A stretch of DNA of 64,000 nucleotides from an uncultured Candidatus Peribacteria bacterium (GTDB lineage: Bacteria; Patescibacteriota; Gracilibacteria; UBA1369), in assembly GCA_964528305.1 (NCBI GenBank), contig CAZGSD010000002.1, positions 93,409 to 157,408 of the forward strand. The letters run 5' to 3'. The position numbers and the translations under genes were made by a program. Numbering within the stretch: position 1 is the stretch's first letter; each line of letters starts with the position of its first letter. Under the pieces are notes generated by a model. It was not told the DNA's origin, did no database searches, and was given only the letters and a program-made list of their open reading frames with translations. Positions 9,840-18,840 of the stretch are shown here, piece by piece.

Positions 9840-12317
9840 ATGCTTGAATTAATTATCATCAATCTCATTCTCATCGCGGCCGGAGCATTATCGCTCTATG
9901 GCATATTCTGGCTAGCCAAAGAAAAATACCTGGAGCACCGCAACTTCCAGCGTTCACTCAACCTGGTTTTTCTAAAAGTGCAAATGGCTAAAAAAGAGTC
10001 CAAAGAAGAACAGGATCAGGAGCAAAATTCAGGCGCCAAAGACTTCAAAGAAGCCATTAGCATCATGGCCCAGATGTACGACTCACTACATTCCATCTAT
10101 TCAGGTGACTGGAAAAACCGTTTTACCGGAGAAGATTTTCTCTCACTAGAATACGTTGTACAGCAGGAACAGATTTATTTTTACATGGTAGTACCATCCA
10201 AACTCGTCTCTCTCATAGAAAAACAGATCACCGGTCTTTTCCCAGATGCCTATGTCGATCAAACCGAAGAGTATAACATTTTCCAACCGGATTCCTGCAC
10301 AGCAGCCAAAGCTCTCACTTTGAGCAAAAATTTCATGTACCCAATTCGTACTTTTCAACGTCTCAGTTCCGATCCAATTAACAATCTAACCAACGCTCTC
10401 TCCAAATTATCCAGCGAAGACGGAGCCGCCATACAAATCATGATACGTCCTACCGATGACTGGCAAAAAGCCGGCCGGGACGAAGCCAAAAATATACTCA
10501 ATCAAAAACCCAAGAAAAACAAAACCCACCCCCTCAACCCCATCAAGTGGATTGGCGCTTTTTTCCAATTCATGATGGGACAGGAATCAAAAGATAAATC
10601 ATCAGGCCCCGAAGCACCAGACCGCACTACCCCCATGACTGACGAAGAAGTCAAAGATTTGGAACAAAAAAACACCAGCAAAGGTTATGAAACAATCATT
10701 CGCGTCATTTGCGCAGCCAAAGATGCCCATGAGGCCAAATCCAATCTTACCAATATTGTCAGCACTTTCGCCCAATATTCATCACCAACCGCCAATAAAT
10801 TCTCTAGCGTCAAACGATACCCAGAGGAAAAAATCATCAACGATTACATTTTACGCCGCTTCACTTATCCCTGGTATCAACGCATTAAAAGAAAACTGAC
10901 TATTTTATCCAGCGAGGAATTAGCCTCAATTTTCCACTTCCCTAATACTCGCTTCAACAAAACTCCCAATATTCACTGGCAAAGCTACAAAATCGCTGCC
11001 ACACCCAAAAACATGCCCAAAGAAGGTCTACTTTTGGGACATAATCATTTCCGTGGTATCACCACCGAAATACGCATGAAAAGAGAAGATCGTTTCCGCC
11101 ACTTCTACGTTATCGGTCAAACCGGTACCGGTAAATCATCTATTTTTCAAATCATGGCCCGCCAGGATTTACGCAATAATGACGGCCTGGCCGTGGTCGA
11201 TCCCCACGGTGAATTAATCGATACCTTACTACCATTTGTTCCCAAACATCGAGCCGATGATGTTATTTATTTCAGTCCTGCGGATCAAGCCCGCCCCATG
11301 GGGCTCAACCTCCTAGAAGCTGATTCAGATGATGAAAAAGAATTGGTTGCCCTAGATGCCATGAATATCATGATTAAATTATTCGGCAATGAAATTTTCG
11401 GACCACGCATACAAGATTATTTTCGCAATGGTTGTCTCACGCTAATGTCCCATCCAGAAGGCGGCACTATCGTAGACATAGTTCGACTCTTCACCGACGA
11501 CGATTTCCAGCAGGAAAAAATGCAATATGTTAAAAACCCAGTGGTAAAATCTTTCTGGACGGATCAAATGGCCAAAACTGGCGCCCGGGAAAAACAGGAA
11601 ATCATACCCTATTTTGCCGCTAAATTCGGTCAATTTATCACTAACTCCATGATGCGCAACATCATCGGACAAACCCGCTCCGCTTTCGATTTTATCGATG
11701 TTATGCAACAAAAAAAGATTCTATTCATGAATCTTTCCAAAGGTGAAATCGGTGACATCAACTCCAAATTACTCGGTTTAATCATCGTTTCCAAACTTCA
11801 AATGGCCGCCCTCCGCCGCCAAAGATTTGCCAAAGAAGATCGTCAGGACTTCTTTATGTACATCGATGAATTCCAAAACTACATCACCGATTCCATCGAA
11901 AGCATACTATCTGAAGCTAGAAAATACCGTCTCTCACTCAATATGGCTCACCAATACATCGCCCAATTAGAAGGCGAAGATGGCAAGTCCAGAGTAAAAG
12001 ACGCTGTTTTCGGCAATGTCGGAACCATGATGTGCTACAAAATAGGCGCAACTGACGCAGAATTCATGGCCAAAGAAATGGCCCCAGTCTTCTCAGCCCA
12101 AGACATGATCAATGTTGATGCTTTTAAAGGTATAATGAAATTATCCATAGACGGACAACCTTCCGTACCTTTCTCCATCTCCGTCCCCTTACCTTGGCTC
12201 GAAAAAGGCGATAAAAAGGTCGGTGAAGCTGTACGCCAGCTCTCACGCCTCAAATTTGGCCGCGATCGTGAGTTTGTGGAGAGAGAAATCACCCGTAGAA
12301 TTGGCATTATTGAATAA
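9840..12317 (+). CDS. membrane-anchored VirD4/TraD-like (type IV coupling protein family) P-loop ATPase, paralog 1
   Basis: N-terminal TM helix, Walker A GQTGTGKSS, DPHGEL, RPMGLNLLE, Walker B FMYIDEFQN and EARKYRLSLNMAHQY. The ATG directly abuts the aspS TAA. I do not recognise the N-terminal ~400 aa. Confidence 0.7.
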   Translation: MLELIIINLILIAAGALSLYGIFWLAKEKYLEHRNFQRSLNLVFLKVQMAKKESKEEQDQEQNSGAKDFKEAISIMAQMYDSLHSIYSGDWKNRFTGEDFLSLEYVVQQEQIYFYMVVPSKLVSLIEKQITGLFPDAYVDQTEEYNIFQPDSCTAAKALTLSKNFMYPIRTFQRLSSDPINNLTNALSKLSSEDGAAIQIMIRPTDDWQKAGRDEAKNILNQKPKKNKTHPLNPIKWIGAFFQFMMGQESKDKSSGPEAPDRTTPMTDEEVKDLEQKNTSKGYETIIRVICAAKDAHEAKSNLTNIVSTFAQYSSPTANKFSSVKRYPEEKIINDYILRRFTYPWYQRIKRKLTILSSEELASIFHFPNTRFNKTPNIHWQSYKIAATPKNMPKEGLLLGHNHFRGITTEIRMKREDRFRHFYVIGQTGTGKSSIFQIMARQDLRNNDGLAVVDPHGELIDTLLPFVPKHRADDVIYFSPADQARPMGLNLLEADSDDEKELVALDAMNIMIKLFGNEIFGPRIQDYFRNGCLTLMSHPEGGTIVDIVRLFTDDDFQQEKMQYVKNPVVKSFWTDQMAKTGAREKQEIIPYFAAKFGQFITNSMMRNIIGQTRSAFDFIDVMQQKKILFMNLSKGEIGDINSKLLGLIIVSKLQMAALRRQRFAKEDRQDFFMYIDEFQNYITDSIESILSEARKYRLSLNMAHQYIAQLEGEDGKSRVKDAVFGNVGTMMCYKIGATDAEFMAKEMAPVFSAQDMINVDAFKGIMKLSIDGQPSVPFSISVPLPWLEKGDKKVGEAVRQLSRLKFGRDREFVEREITRRIGIIE

Positions 12318-12387
12318 GAAAGCAACTCAAATTAAACCATTTTTCTAAAAACCGTCAACACCTACTCCCAGCTTGACCTTCATCTTC

Positions 12388-12396
12388 TGCTATAAT
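12388..12396 (+). promoter_or_regulatory. extended -10 box TGCTATAAT
   Basis: tgctataat lies 30 nt upstream of the ATG at 12426. There is no good -35 at 17-nt spacing. Confidence 0.45.
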
Positions 12397-12425
12397 ATAA
12401 GGATTGCCTTAAATCTTTGCAGAAC

Positions 12426-13763
12426 ATGAAAATATTTTCAGGCTCCAAAACTATCCATAAGCAGATACTTGGTGTGCTCTGCTGTTACAATTTGTTTCTG
12501 CCATTAGCAATGGCTCAAAGCGTAGAGGCCGAAAAGCCTATAGTTTTCACTAACAAACTCACCTCAAGCGAGACTATCTCAGAAGATATCGAAACCGAAA
12601 CATCCATTTCTGAAGTCCATCCAACCCCAGACACTCCAGCACCAGCCCCATCTGAATCCAACTCCAATAATGAGCAAATTTACCCATATCAACAGACTTT
12701 CACCATTACCGCCTACTACTCACCAATAGAAGGCCAAAAACGTTACATCAGGGGCTCCCTGGCTGCTGACAAGAAACTTAATGGGCGAGGCACCAACGGT
12801 GCTGACGGCACCCCAGTCTACCCTGGCATGATAGCCGCCCCCAAATCCATAGCCTTTGGCACCAAAATGGATATTCCAGGGCTGGGAACGGTAGCCGTAC
12901 ACGATCGCGGTGGAGCCATAGTTCCGGCAGGGGAGCGGGGCCAACGTTTCGACCGCCTGGACGTCTGGATGGGCCATGGAGACGAAGGACTTAATCGAGC
13001 CCTACGATGGGGACGCCGTAACGTCAATGTAACTGTACACGGCCAAAACGAATCTATTCCTGAAAACATCGATTTATCCAGTATATCTGGAGCTGATCTA
13101 CCAATAAATACCACTAGCAACACCAGCTCCAATCAAGAATTCGGTTTAGACGATGAAAACGAGCAAATCAGCCAAATCAAAAAAAACTTCGCTCAATTGA
13201 AATACTATCAAGGTGAAATCAACAATCAATTCGACGAAAACTTACGCCAAGCCGTAGTCAAATTTCAATTAGAATATGAGGTAATTGACCAAGAAAACGA
13301 CTTTGGCGCAGGTTATTTCGGCCCCCAAACCAGAAAAACACTAGAAAAAGCTTTACAGGGACTTAGTCCAGCCAAAAATCATCAACAAAACCTCATTCCA
13401 CTAGCCCAAGCCAGTCCTCGCGATCAAATCGCCCAAAACATTGAATTTGCTGGTAATGGTCTAGCTTTCCTTGATGACGACCTATCTCTAGGCGATTCAG
13501 GTCAAGCAGTCATAGAATTACAAACCGAATTAGCCAAATTAAATCTATTCGGACTTACCCCAACAGGCTATTACGGTGAATTAACCGCCCATGCCGTCTA
13601 TAAATTCCAGCAGAGCAGGGGAATAGTAATCAACAAAGAAGCCCCTGGAGCCGGCGCCTTCGGTCCTTCCACCCGCGCCCAAATGACCATAATAGTCAGC
13701 AACCGCATCGAAAATCGCCGACTAATAGCTCAAAAAAGCCCACAATTACTGGCACAGAAATAA
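12426..13763 (+). CDS. secreted 3D-domain cell-wall hydrolase with two peptidoglycan-binding (PG_binding_1-like) repeats
   Basis: Signal peptide present. 3D-domain signature FTITAYYSP..G..TNGADGTPVYPGMIAAP..I.FGT..DIPGLG...VHDRGGAI. C-terminal repeats LRQAVVKFQ...GYFGPQTR and TAHAVYKFQ..GAFGPSTR. The ORF track starts at TTG 12417; I prefer the ATG at 12426. Confidence 0.75.
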   Translation: MKIFSGSKTIHKQILGVLCCYNLFLPLAMAQSVEAEKPIVFTNKLTSSETISEDIETETSISEVHPTPDTPAPAPSESNSNNEQIYPYQQTFTITAYYSPIEGQKRYIRGSLAADKKLNGRGTNGADGTPVYPGMIAAPKSIAFGTKMDIPGLGTVAVHDRGGAIVPAGERGQRFDRLDVWMGHGDEGLNRALRWGRRNVNVTVHGQNESIPENIDLSSISGADLPINTTSNTSSNQEFGLDDENEQISQIKKNFAQLKYYQGEINNQFDENLRQAVVKFQLEYEVIDQENDFGAGYFGPQTRKTLEKALQGLSPAKNHQQNLIPLAQASPRDQIAQNIEFAGNGLAFLDDDLSLGDSGQAVIELQTELAKLNLFGLTPTGYYGELTAHAVYKFQQSRGIVINKEAPGAGAFGPSTRAQMTIIVSNRIENRRLIAQKSPQLLAQK

Positions 13764-13776
13764 TATAGAAATCCTG

Positions 13777-14211
13777 TTATTTAGCAAAATACTTTTTAAA
13801 CGCCTTATCCTCATCAGGATGAAAAAAGTCCTCTAAAGAAAACTTCCAATTAGTCGGATCTATCCATTCCATTTCCTCATGATCTTGAGAGATTATGGCT
13901 TCACCATCTAAATACTTCGCCTCATAAACAGTAACAAAAACCGAATAACCTTGATCAAAAAAATATCTCCTATACTGAAATAAGGGGCCTCCAACCTCTA
14001 TTTTAAAATTCTTACCAAGTTCTTCATTAATCTCCCGCTGTAGCACTTCCATCAAATCACTATCTCTTTCATCAACATTAATTCTTCCTCCAGGTAAATC
14101 CAAACGCCCACTTGGATGATGTTTCAGAAGCAAAAACTTCCCATCTCTCCAAATCAAGGCTTTTAGCCCAATCTGATAAGAAGCATGTTCTAACACATCT
14201 CTATTAACCAT
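13777..14211 (-). CDS. NUDIX hydrolase
   Basis: Nudix box GGRINVDERDSDLMEVLQREINEELG. Confidence 0.85.
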   Translation of the reverse strand: MVNRDVLEHASYQIGLKALIWRDGKFLLLKHHPSGRLDLPGGRINVDERDSDLMEVLQREINEELGKNFKIEVGGPLFQYRRYFFDQGYSVFVTVYEAKYLDGEAIISQDHEEMEWIDPTNWKFSLEDFFHPDEDKAFKKYFAK

Positions 14212-14227
14212 TTATTTCTCAAAGTTA

Positions 14228-14632
14228 TTAATCAGCAACTAACTCCATCACCCAATCATTATTAGAAATTTTCTGTGAATCTTTAACCAAGTCTCTGCCA
14301 GCCTCATAGCCAGTAGCCGCAATATTAGTCACCTCATTAATAATCCCCATCGGGATTACTATCACACCATTATTATCTGACTTTCCCTTCCACTCTTGCC
14401 CATCAGTATCGCAGGGCGTCGTAATACATCTAATACCATTGTCGCTATAAATATTCACATCAGTATTGGCAATAGCCTGCTTTGAAAGAGCATTCAATAA
14501 CTTTACTTTTATAATTCCATTTTGGGTTACAGGAACAGCACCTTTTTCACCAAAAACAAAATACCCCACACCCACACCAAGAAGTAAGCCCACTAACAAA
14601 ATCACTAAAACTTTTTTATGCATATTTTTCAC
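14228..14632 (-). CDS. small signal-anchored protein of unknown function (beta-rich)
   Basis: 134-aa ORF with an N-terminal hydrophobic helix (VLVILLVGLLLGVGVGYFVF). No recognisable motif. Confidence 0.5.
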   Translation of the reverse strand: MKNMHKKVLVILLVGLLLGVGVGYFVFGEKGAVPVTQNGIIKVKLLNALSKQAIANTDVNIYSDNGIRCITTPCDTDGQEWKGKSDNNGVIVIPMGIINEVTNIAATGYEAGRDLVKDSQKISNNDWVMELVAD

Positions 14633-14653
14633 TTCTTATCTTCAGTCTTCATT

Positions 14654-14738
14654 TGGTGCTGGGGAGAGGACTCGAACCTCCATGCTTTTAGGCGCTAGCT
14701 CCTAAGGCTAGTGTGTCTACCAGTTCCACCACCCCAGC
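14654..14738 (-). tRNA. tRNA-Leu (anticodon UAG), long variable arm, CCA encoded
   Basis: The reverse complement is GCTGGGGTGGTGGAACTGGTAGACACACTAGCCTTAGGAGCTAGCGCCTAAAAGCATGGAGGTTCGAGTCCTCTCCCCAGCACCA. The anticodon stem CTAGC/GCTAG encloses the loop CTTAGGA. Confidence 0.9.
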
Positions 14739-14751
14739 GTAAAACGAGTGC

Positions 14752-14780
14752 AATATAGAGAAAATTTCTATAAAATGCAA
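14752..14780 (-). promoter_or_regulatory. sigma70-type promoter TTGCAT-17-TATATT for tRNA-Leu(UAG)
   Basis: The minus strand reads ttgcat tttatagaaattttctc tatatt, followed by 13 nt and then tRNA position 1. Confidence 0.5.
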
Positions 14781-14798
14781 AAATTCCTGCCTTTTTTC

Positions 14799-15113
14799 TT
14801 ATACCTCGCCCAGCAAATGCAAATGTATATGGAAAATTTCTTGCCCCCCTTTTTCACCGACATTAAATAGCAGTTTATAGCCAGATAAACCCAACTTACG
14901 GCCCATATCACGCGCCACCAGCATCAAATGCCCCAATAAAGCCTGATCTTCATCGGCAGCTGCCATAATAGTCGGTATTTCTTTTTTAGGAATAATCAAC
15001 AGATGCACTGGAGCTTTGGGATATTTGTCATGAATTACCACACAGAATTCATCTTCATACTCTATCTGAGCTGGAATTTCCCTCTGAATAATTTTAGTAA
15101 AAATTGATGTCAT
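14799..15113 (-). CDS. HIT-family (histidine triad) nucleotide hydrolase
   Basis: HIHLHLLG triad at the C-terminus. MTSIFTKIIQREIPA is a typical HinT N-terminus. The upstream extension in the ORF track (to 15161) is unlikely to be real. Confidence 0.85.
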   Translation of the reverse strand: MTSIFTKIIQREIPAQIEYEDEFCVVIHDKYPKAPVHLLIIPKKEIPTIMAAADEDQALLGHLMLVARDMGRKLGLSGYKLLFNVGEKGGQEIFHIHLHLLGEV

Positions 15114-15184
15114 CGGATAATAAATAATACTACAACACCAGCATAGTTTTTCATTACCCAAAATTCAAACCAATTTCAAACTTC

Positions 15185-16294
15185 TTATGCTGTTCTCATC
15201 GCTTCATCCAAAGCATAAACCGCACGACCAACACGCACAAATTGGGGATTCTTTTGCAAATTAAGAGAAATAGTACCTTTTTTCACTCTTCGTTGCTTCA
15301 TCACCCCAGCAATAATTTCTTGCTTGCTCATTGGAGATTTCTTACGCAACAAATTCTCAATCACATCTGCCACAGTTCCTTTCTTATATCCCCATTCTTT
15401 CAAAGCATACAAACCGCGGCCAACCAATACAAACTGATCATAACGTATCAATTCATTATGAACGGCCTGAGTTGTTACCAACTTTTTATCAAAACCAGCC
15501 GCCGCAATACGATTAGCAATTTCCACAAAATGAAGAGGTTCAGTTGATTTTTTTAATACTATATAAGCTTTATCACGAATACTACGAGGATTAATATGTC
15601 GCCAAGAAGTCAATCCAAAGCCCTCAGCAACTTTTTTCACTCTTTTGTCTACTTCCATCGCTGAAAGTATCAAAAGCATATCGACAGTCTTACCACGTTC
15701 GGCAAAAACCGCCTGTATCTCACGTCCCAATTCAGCATCAACAACAATATCCCCCTTCTTATTCAATAAGGCTATACCATGATTAATAGCAGCCTTAATA
15801 TCTTCAAAAGCAATAGAGCTTAATTTCCAAAACGGTTTATAAATATTGCTCTTTTCACATTGCACTAGATCAGCATTGATATGCAAAGCCAAACGGATGA
15901 TATGAGCATCCACATCCTGCGCATTAGACAATTGATTCAAAAGCTCAGCCACCAAACGGCTCTCTAACATCAAACCTCCATTGTTTTTCAAAATATCTCT
16001 TGCCAATTTATTAATCACACTAAGCCTAGTAGTATCAACCGTACGACGTAGCTTACCAAGAGCAATTTTTTCTATCTGACGAACACGTTCTCTCGTGACA
16101 GAAAAAGATTGTCCTATTTTCTCCAAAGTCTGTCTCGGCTTATTATCCAAACAAAAACGTTTTACTATTACATCTTTTTCTTTTGGAGTAAGAACCATAA
16201 ACATGTCCTCAATCACGTCCATCAAATTCACGCTAACCAACTGTGACACACCAGCTGCGGCTACAGATCCAGAAGATGATAAATCCTGATTCAT
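15185..16294 (-). CDS. sigma-70 region-4 domain protein with two C-terminal HARE-HTH/winged-helix domains, paralog 1
   Basis: LEKIGQSFSVTRERVRQIEKIALGKLRR closely matches the sigma70 region 4.2 HTH. No region 2 is visible. The C-terminus LHFVEIANRI...VHNELIRYDQFVLVGRGLYALKEWGY matches the HARE-HTH pattern and is followed by a second similar repeat. Confidence 0.7.
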   Translation of the reverse strand: MNQDLSSSGSVAAAGVSQLVSVNLMDVIEDMFMVLTPKEKDVIVKRFCLDNKPRQTLEKIGQSFSVTRERVRQIEKIALGKLRRTVDTTRLSVINKLARDILKNNGGLMLESRLVAELLNQLSNAQDVDAHIIRLALHINADLVQCEKSNIYKPFWKLSSIAFEDIKAAINHGIALLNKKGDIVVDAELGREIQAVFAERGKTVDMLLILSAMEVDKRVKKVAEGFGLTSWRHINPRSIRDKAYIVLKKSTEPLHFVEIANRIAAAGFDKKLVTTQAVHNELIRYDQFVLVGRGLYALKEWGYKKGTVADVIENLLRKKSPMSKQEIIAGVMKQRRVKKGTISLNLQKNPQFVRVGRAVYALDEAMRTA

Positions 16295-16359
16295 AAACGT
16301 GATTAATGATTAACTTTTAACTAAATTAGTTGTTTACAACTATATTCCACCGCCTTTAG

Positions 16360-16368
16360 TGCTAGAAT
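16360..16368 (+). promoter_or_regulatory. extended -10 box TGCTAGAAT upstream of a ~190-nt leader and the GT2 gene
   Basis: tgctagaat is identical to the box at 18796. Confidence 0.4.
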
Positions 16369-16570
16369 ATAGGCCCGGAGCATAGTACTGTCAAGCAAGA
16401 AATTTGACACTATTCACAGTTTGTATATTTACAAAACAAAACCGTTCAAACCTATACAAAGGGCCCACAATATAGTTAAATATACTTTAAAAGTCAACTC
16501 CATTTGCTCTAAATTTGCGGGACGCCCCGCCTGTCTTGTATATTCTGACCACCTTTAAACAACCAACAGC

Positions 16571-18229
16571 CTGAACACACATCTGCAAAAACCCGAAACA
16601 CTAAGGAGATCCAGTCCTTACTGGCGTTTACTGGAAATAATTCCCGGCCTACTAACTTGGTCAGCTTTTCTCCTAGTTTTCATAGGATCCTTTCTTTTCC
16701 CAACCATTACAGCCAATTTAATCATCACCTACACCCTTATTTGGGTATTTCGAACCTTTCACTTTTCTTACAACCTTGTTAAATCCTATTATTTCAGCCA
16801 AAGAAGCCTAAAAGTTCCTTGGAACAAGCTGCTCTCCTACTTAGAAACACCTTCCCGCCTAGAATATTTAATTAAAACAAAAAACTTCCAACTAGATCCA
16901 CTTATTTTGAATCTCAAAAACAAACCAGTAGAACCGCAACTATTAGGAAAGATTCACCATTTACAAAAAATCAACCAAACGCTCAAACCATCTGAAGTAG
17001 TACACTGTATTACACTAGTCACCTATAAAGAATCACTAGAAGTCATCAAAACCTCAGTCGAATCATATATTAAAAGCGACTATGACTTAAAAAAAGTCAT
17101 TTTCATGCTAGCCTGCGAAGAATCCGATCGCGCCAACGCCCAAAACATTGCTGACCAAATTCAGCAAAAGTATGGTCATCATTTTATGGATTTTCTCTGC
17201 ACTTTTCACCCACAAAATCTTCCTAATGAATTAAAAGGTCGTGCCGGCAACGCCACCTGGGCAGCCAAACATCTCAAAAACTATCTAGAAAAAAGAAAAA
17301 TTCCTTTTACTTCAGTAATCCTATCCAGTTTTGACGCTGACACAGTAATTAGCCCTACTTTTTTAAGTGAATTAACCTTCCGCTTCTGTATCACAGAAAA
17401 TCGAACCGAAGTAGGCTATCAACCAGTACCATTCTACCATAACAACATCTGGGACGTACCGGTTTTCAACAGGCTAGTAGCCATTTCCTGTTCATTTTGG
17501 CAACTCTCTGTCAGTTTACGCAAAGACGAAAACAAAAGCTTTTCTTCACGCTCTATGAGTTTTCAATCAGTACTGGATTTTGGCTACTGGGACACGCGAG
17601 TCGTCCAAGACGACTCGCGCCAGTTCTGGACAGCATTTTTCGTCTATCAAGGACGCCATTATCTAGAAAACATCTACAGCCCCGTCTATATGGACGCCGT
17701 ACTCAGTGAATCCTATCTCGACACCATCAAAAGCCAATACAAACAACTAAGACGTTGGGCCTGGGGAGTGAGCGATTATCCATTTATAGTAACCAATTTA
17801 TGGCATAGCCCACATATTCCCTGGAAAAGAAAAGTATATGAAAGCCTACATTTCCTAGAAAGTGTCTTTTTCTGGGCTACAGGCCCTATGATACTACTTT
17901 TCGCAGGTTTTATACCCGGCACTATTAATCAAAACTTCAGCATCACCGTACTCAGCCACAATTTACCAATTATGATGAGTATTCTAATGAATATCGCCTC
18001 CATCGGCATAGTAGTCTGTCTGATTATCACTACTCAAATCATCCCTTTTGACCAACAACGAAGCTTGATCAAAAAAGTATCTCTTTTCCTACAATGGCTG
18101 CTTGTACCAATAGTTTCAGTCACTCTCAGCTCTATACCAGCCATCGACGCCCAAACCAGACTAATGTTAAACAAACGTCTGGACTTTCAGGTAACACAAA
18201 AAAGCCGTAAAAAAGCTTTAAAAGCCTAA
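16571..18229 (+). CDS. processive family-2 glycosyltransferase (cellulose/chitin-synthase-like), start uncertain
   Basis: SFDADT (DxD), VQDDSRQFW and QLRRW (QxxRW), plus C-terminal TM helices. The frame is open from 16559 and encodes two further N-terminal TM helices. The first ATG/GTG/TTG in that frame is TTG 16907; 16571 is an in-frame CTG. Confidence 0.7.
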   Translation: MNTHLQKPETLRRSSPYWRLLEIIPGLLTWSAFLLVFIGSFLFPTITANLIITYTLIWVFRTFHFSYNLVKSYYFSQRSLKVPWNKLLSYLETPSRLEYLIKTKNFQLDPLILNLKNKPVEPQLLGKIHHLQKINQTLKPSEVVHCITLVTYKESLEVIKTSVESYIKSDYDLKKVIFMLACEESDRANAQNIADQIQQKYGHHFMDFLCTFHPQNLPNELKGRAGNATWAAKHLKNYLEKRKIPFTSVILSSFDADTVISPTFLSELTFRFCITENRTEVGYQPVPFYHNNIWDVPVFNRLVAISCSFWQLSVSLRKDENKSFSSRSMSFQSVLDFGYWDTRVVQDDSRQFWTAFFVYQGRHYLENIYSPVYMDAVLSESYLDTIKSQYKQLRRWAWGVSDYPFIVTNLWHSPHIPWKRKVYESLHFLESVFFWATGPMILLFAGFIPGTINQNFSITVLSHNLPIMMSILMNIASIGIVVCLIITTQIIPFDQQRSLIKKVSLFLQWLLVPIVSVTLSSIPAIDAQTRLMLNKRLDFQVTQKSRKKALKA

Positions 18230-18241
18230 TAAAATCAGTTT

Positions 18242-18748
18242 CTAACTAGATTTCTGACAGAATTGCTTCCACAGCCCAATCACAAAATCCTCAGCCACTT
18301 TAGCGGCACGTTGCAATTGCTGTAACAAACCAGCCAAAACCCTGGCCCTCTTAACTTTGTCATTGAGCAGATGCGGCTTATTTTTACTCTTCATCATTAC
18401 TTTAATCTCTTTCTCGACACTATTTAATTCAACTTTAATCGCAGTCACAGTCTGCCCCATCATAATTTCAATACTCGGCAAATCCCTCACCACAGTACGC
18501 TTCAGAACTTTACCAGCCTTACCAGAAGCCCCTCCTTTATTCTCACCAGCCTTAGAACTGTTTTTCTCACTAAATACACCGACCTCTTCAATCCCTTCAG
18601 CAGCTATATCTACTCCTTCATTCACGGTACTGATCACCTTTCCCAGCTCGGCAAAACCGGCATTACTATCAACCCCACGATCCATTCGATTATCAGCAGA
18701 CGATCTATCTAAAGGGTTTTTACCGGGTTGTAACAGTTTTTTATCCAT
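18242..18748 (-). CDS. hypothetical protein (charged, coiled-coil-like C-terminal half)
   Basis: The 196-aa ORF is trimmed to MDKKLLQPG. An extended -10 box lies just upstream. A competing + strand ORF (18357..18836) is low-complexity and would run over the next promoter. Confidence 0.45.
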   Translation of the reverse strand: MDKKLLQPGKNPLDRSSADNRMDRGVDSNAGFAELGKVISTVNEGVDIAAEGIEEVGVFSEKNSSKAGENKGGASGKAGKVLKRTVVRDLPSIEIMMGQTVTAIKVELNSVEKEIKVMMKSKNKPHLLNDKVKRARVLAGLLQQLQRAAKVAEDFVIGLWKQFCQKSS

Positions 18749-18758
18749 ATCTAGACAC

Positions 18759-18767
18759 ATTTTACCA
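18759..18767 (-). promoter_or_regulatory. extended -10 box TGGTAAAAT, 10 nt before the ATG at 18748 (near-leaderless)
   Basis: The reverse complement of attttacca is TGGTAAAAT. Confidence 0.35.
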
Positions 18768-18795
18768 CAAAAAAGTAAACAAAAGAACCTAAATA

Positions 18796-18804
18796 TGCTA
18801 GAAT
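18796..18804 (+). promoter_or_regulatory. extended -10 box TGCTAGAAT
   Basis: tgctagaat lies 37 nt upstream of the ATG at 18841. Confidence 0.45.
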
Positions 18805-18840
18805 ATATAGATAAACAAAAGTCAAACACCATTTAGCGCT

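Noticed and set aside
18357-18836. 159-aa + strand ORF overlapping the minus-strand hypothetical gene.
   Set aside because: It is rich in S, P, L and T and low in complexity. It would run across the TGCTAGAAT box of the next gene. The minus-strand ORF has its own extended -10 box and a more protein-like sequence. Neither ORF is strongly supported.
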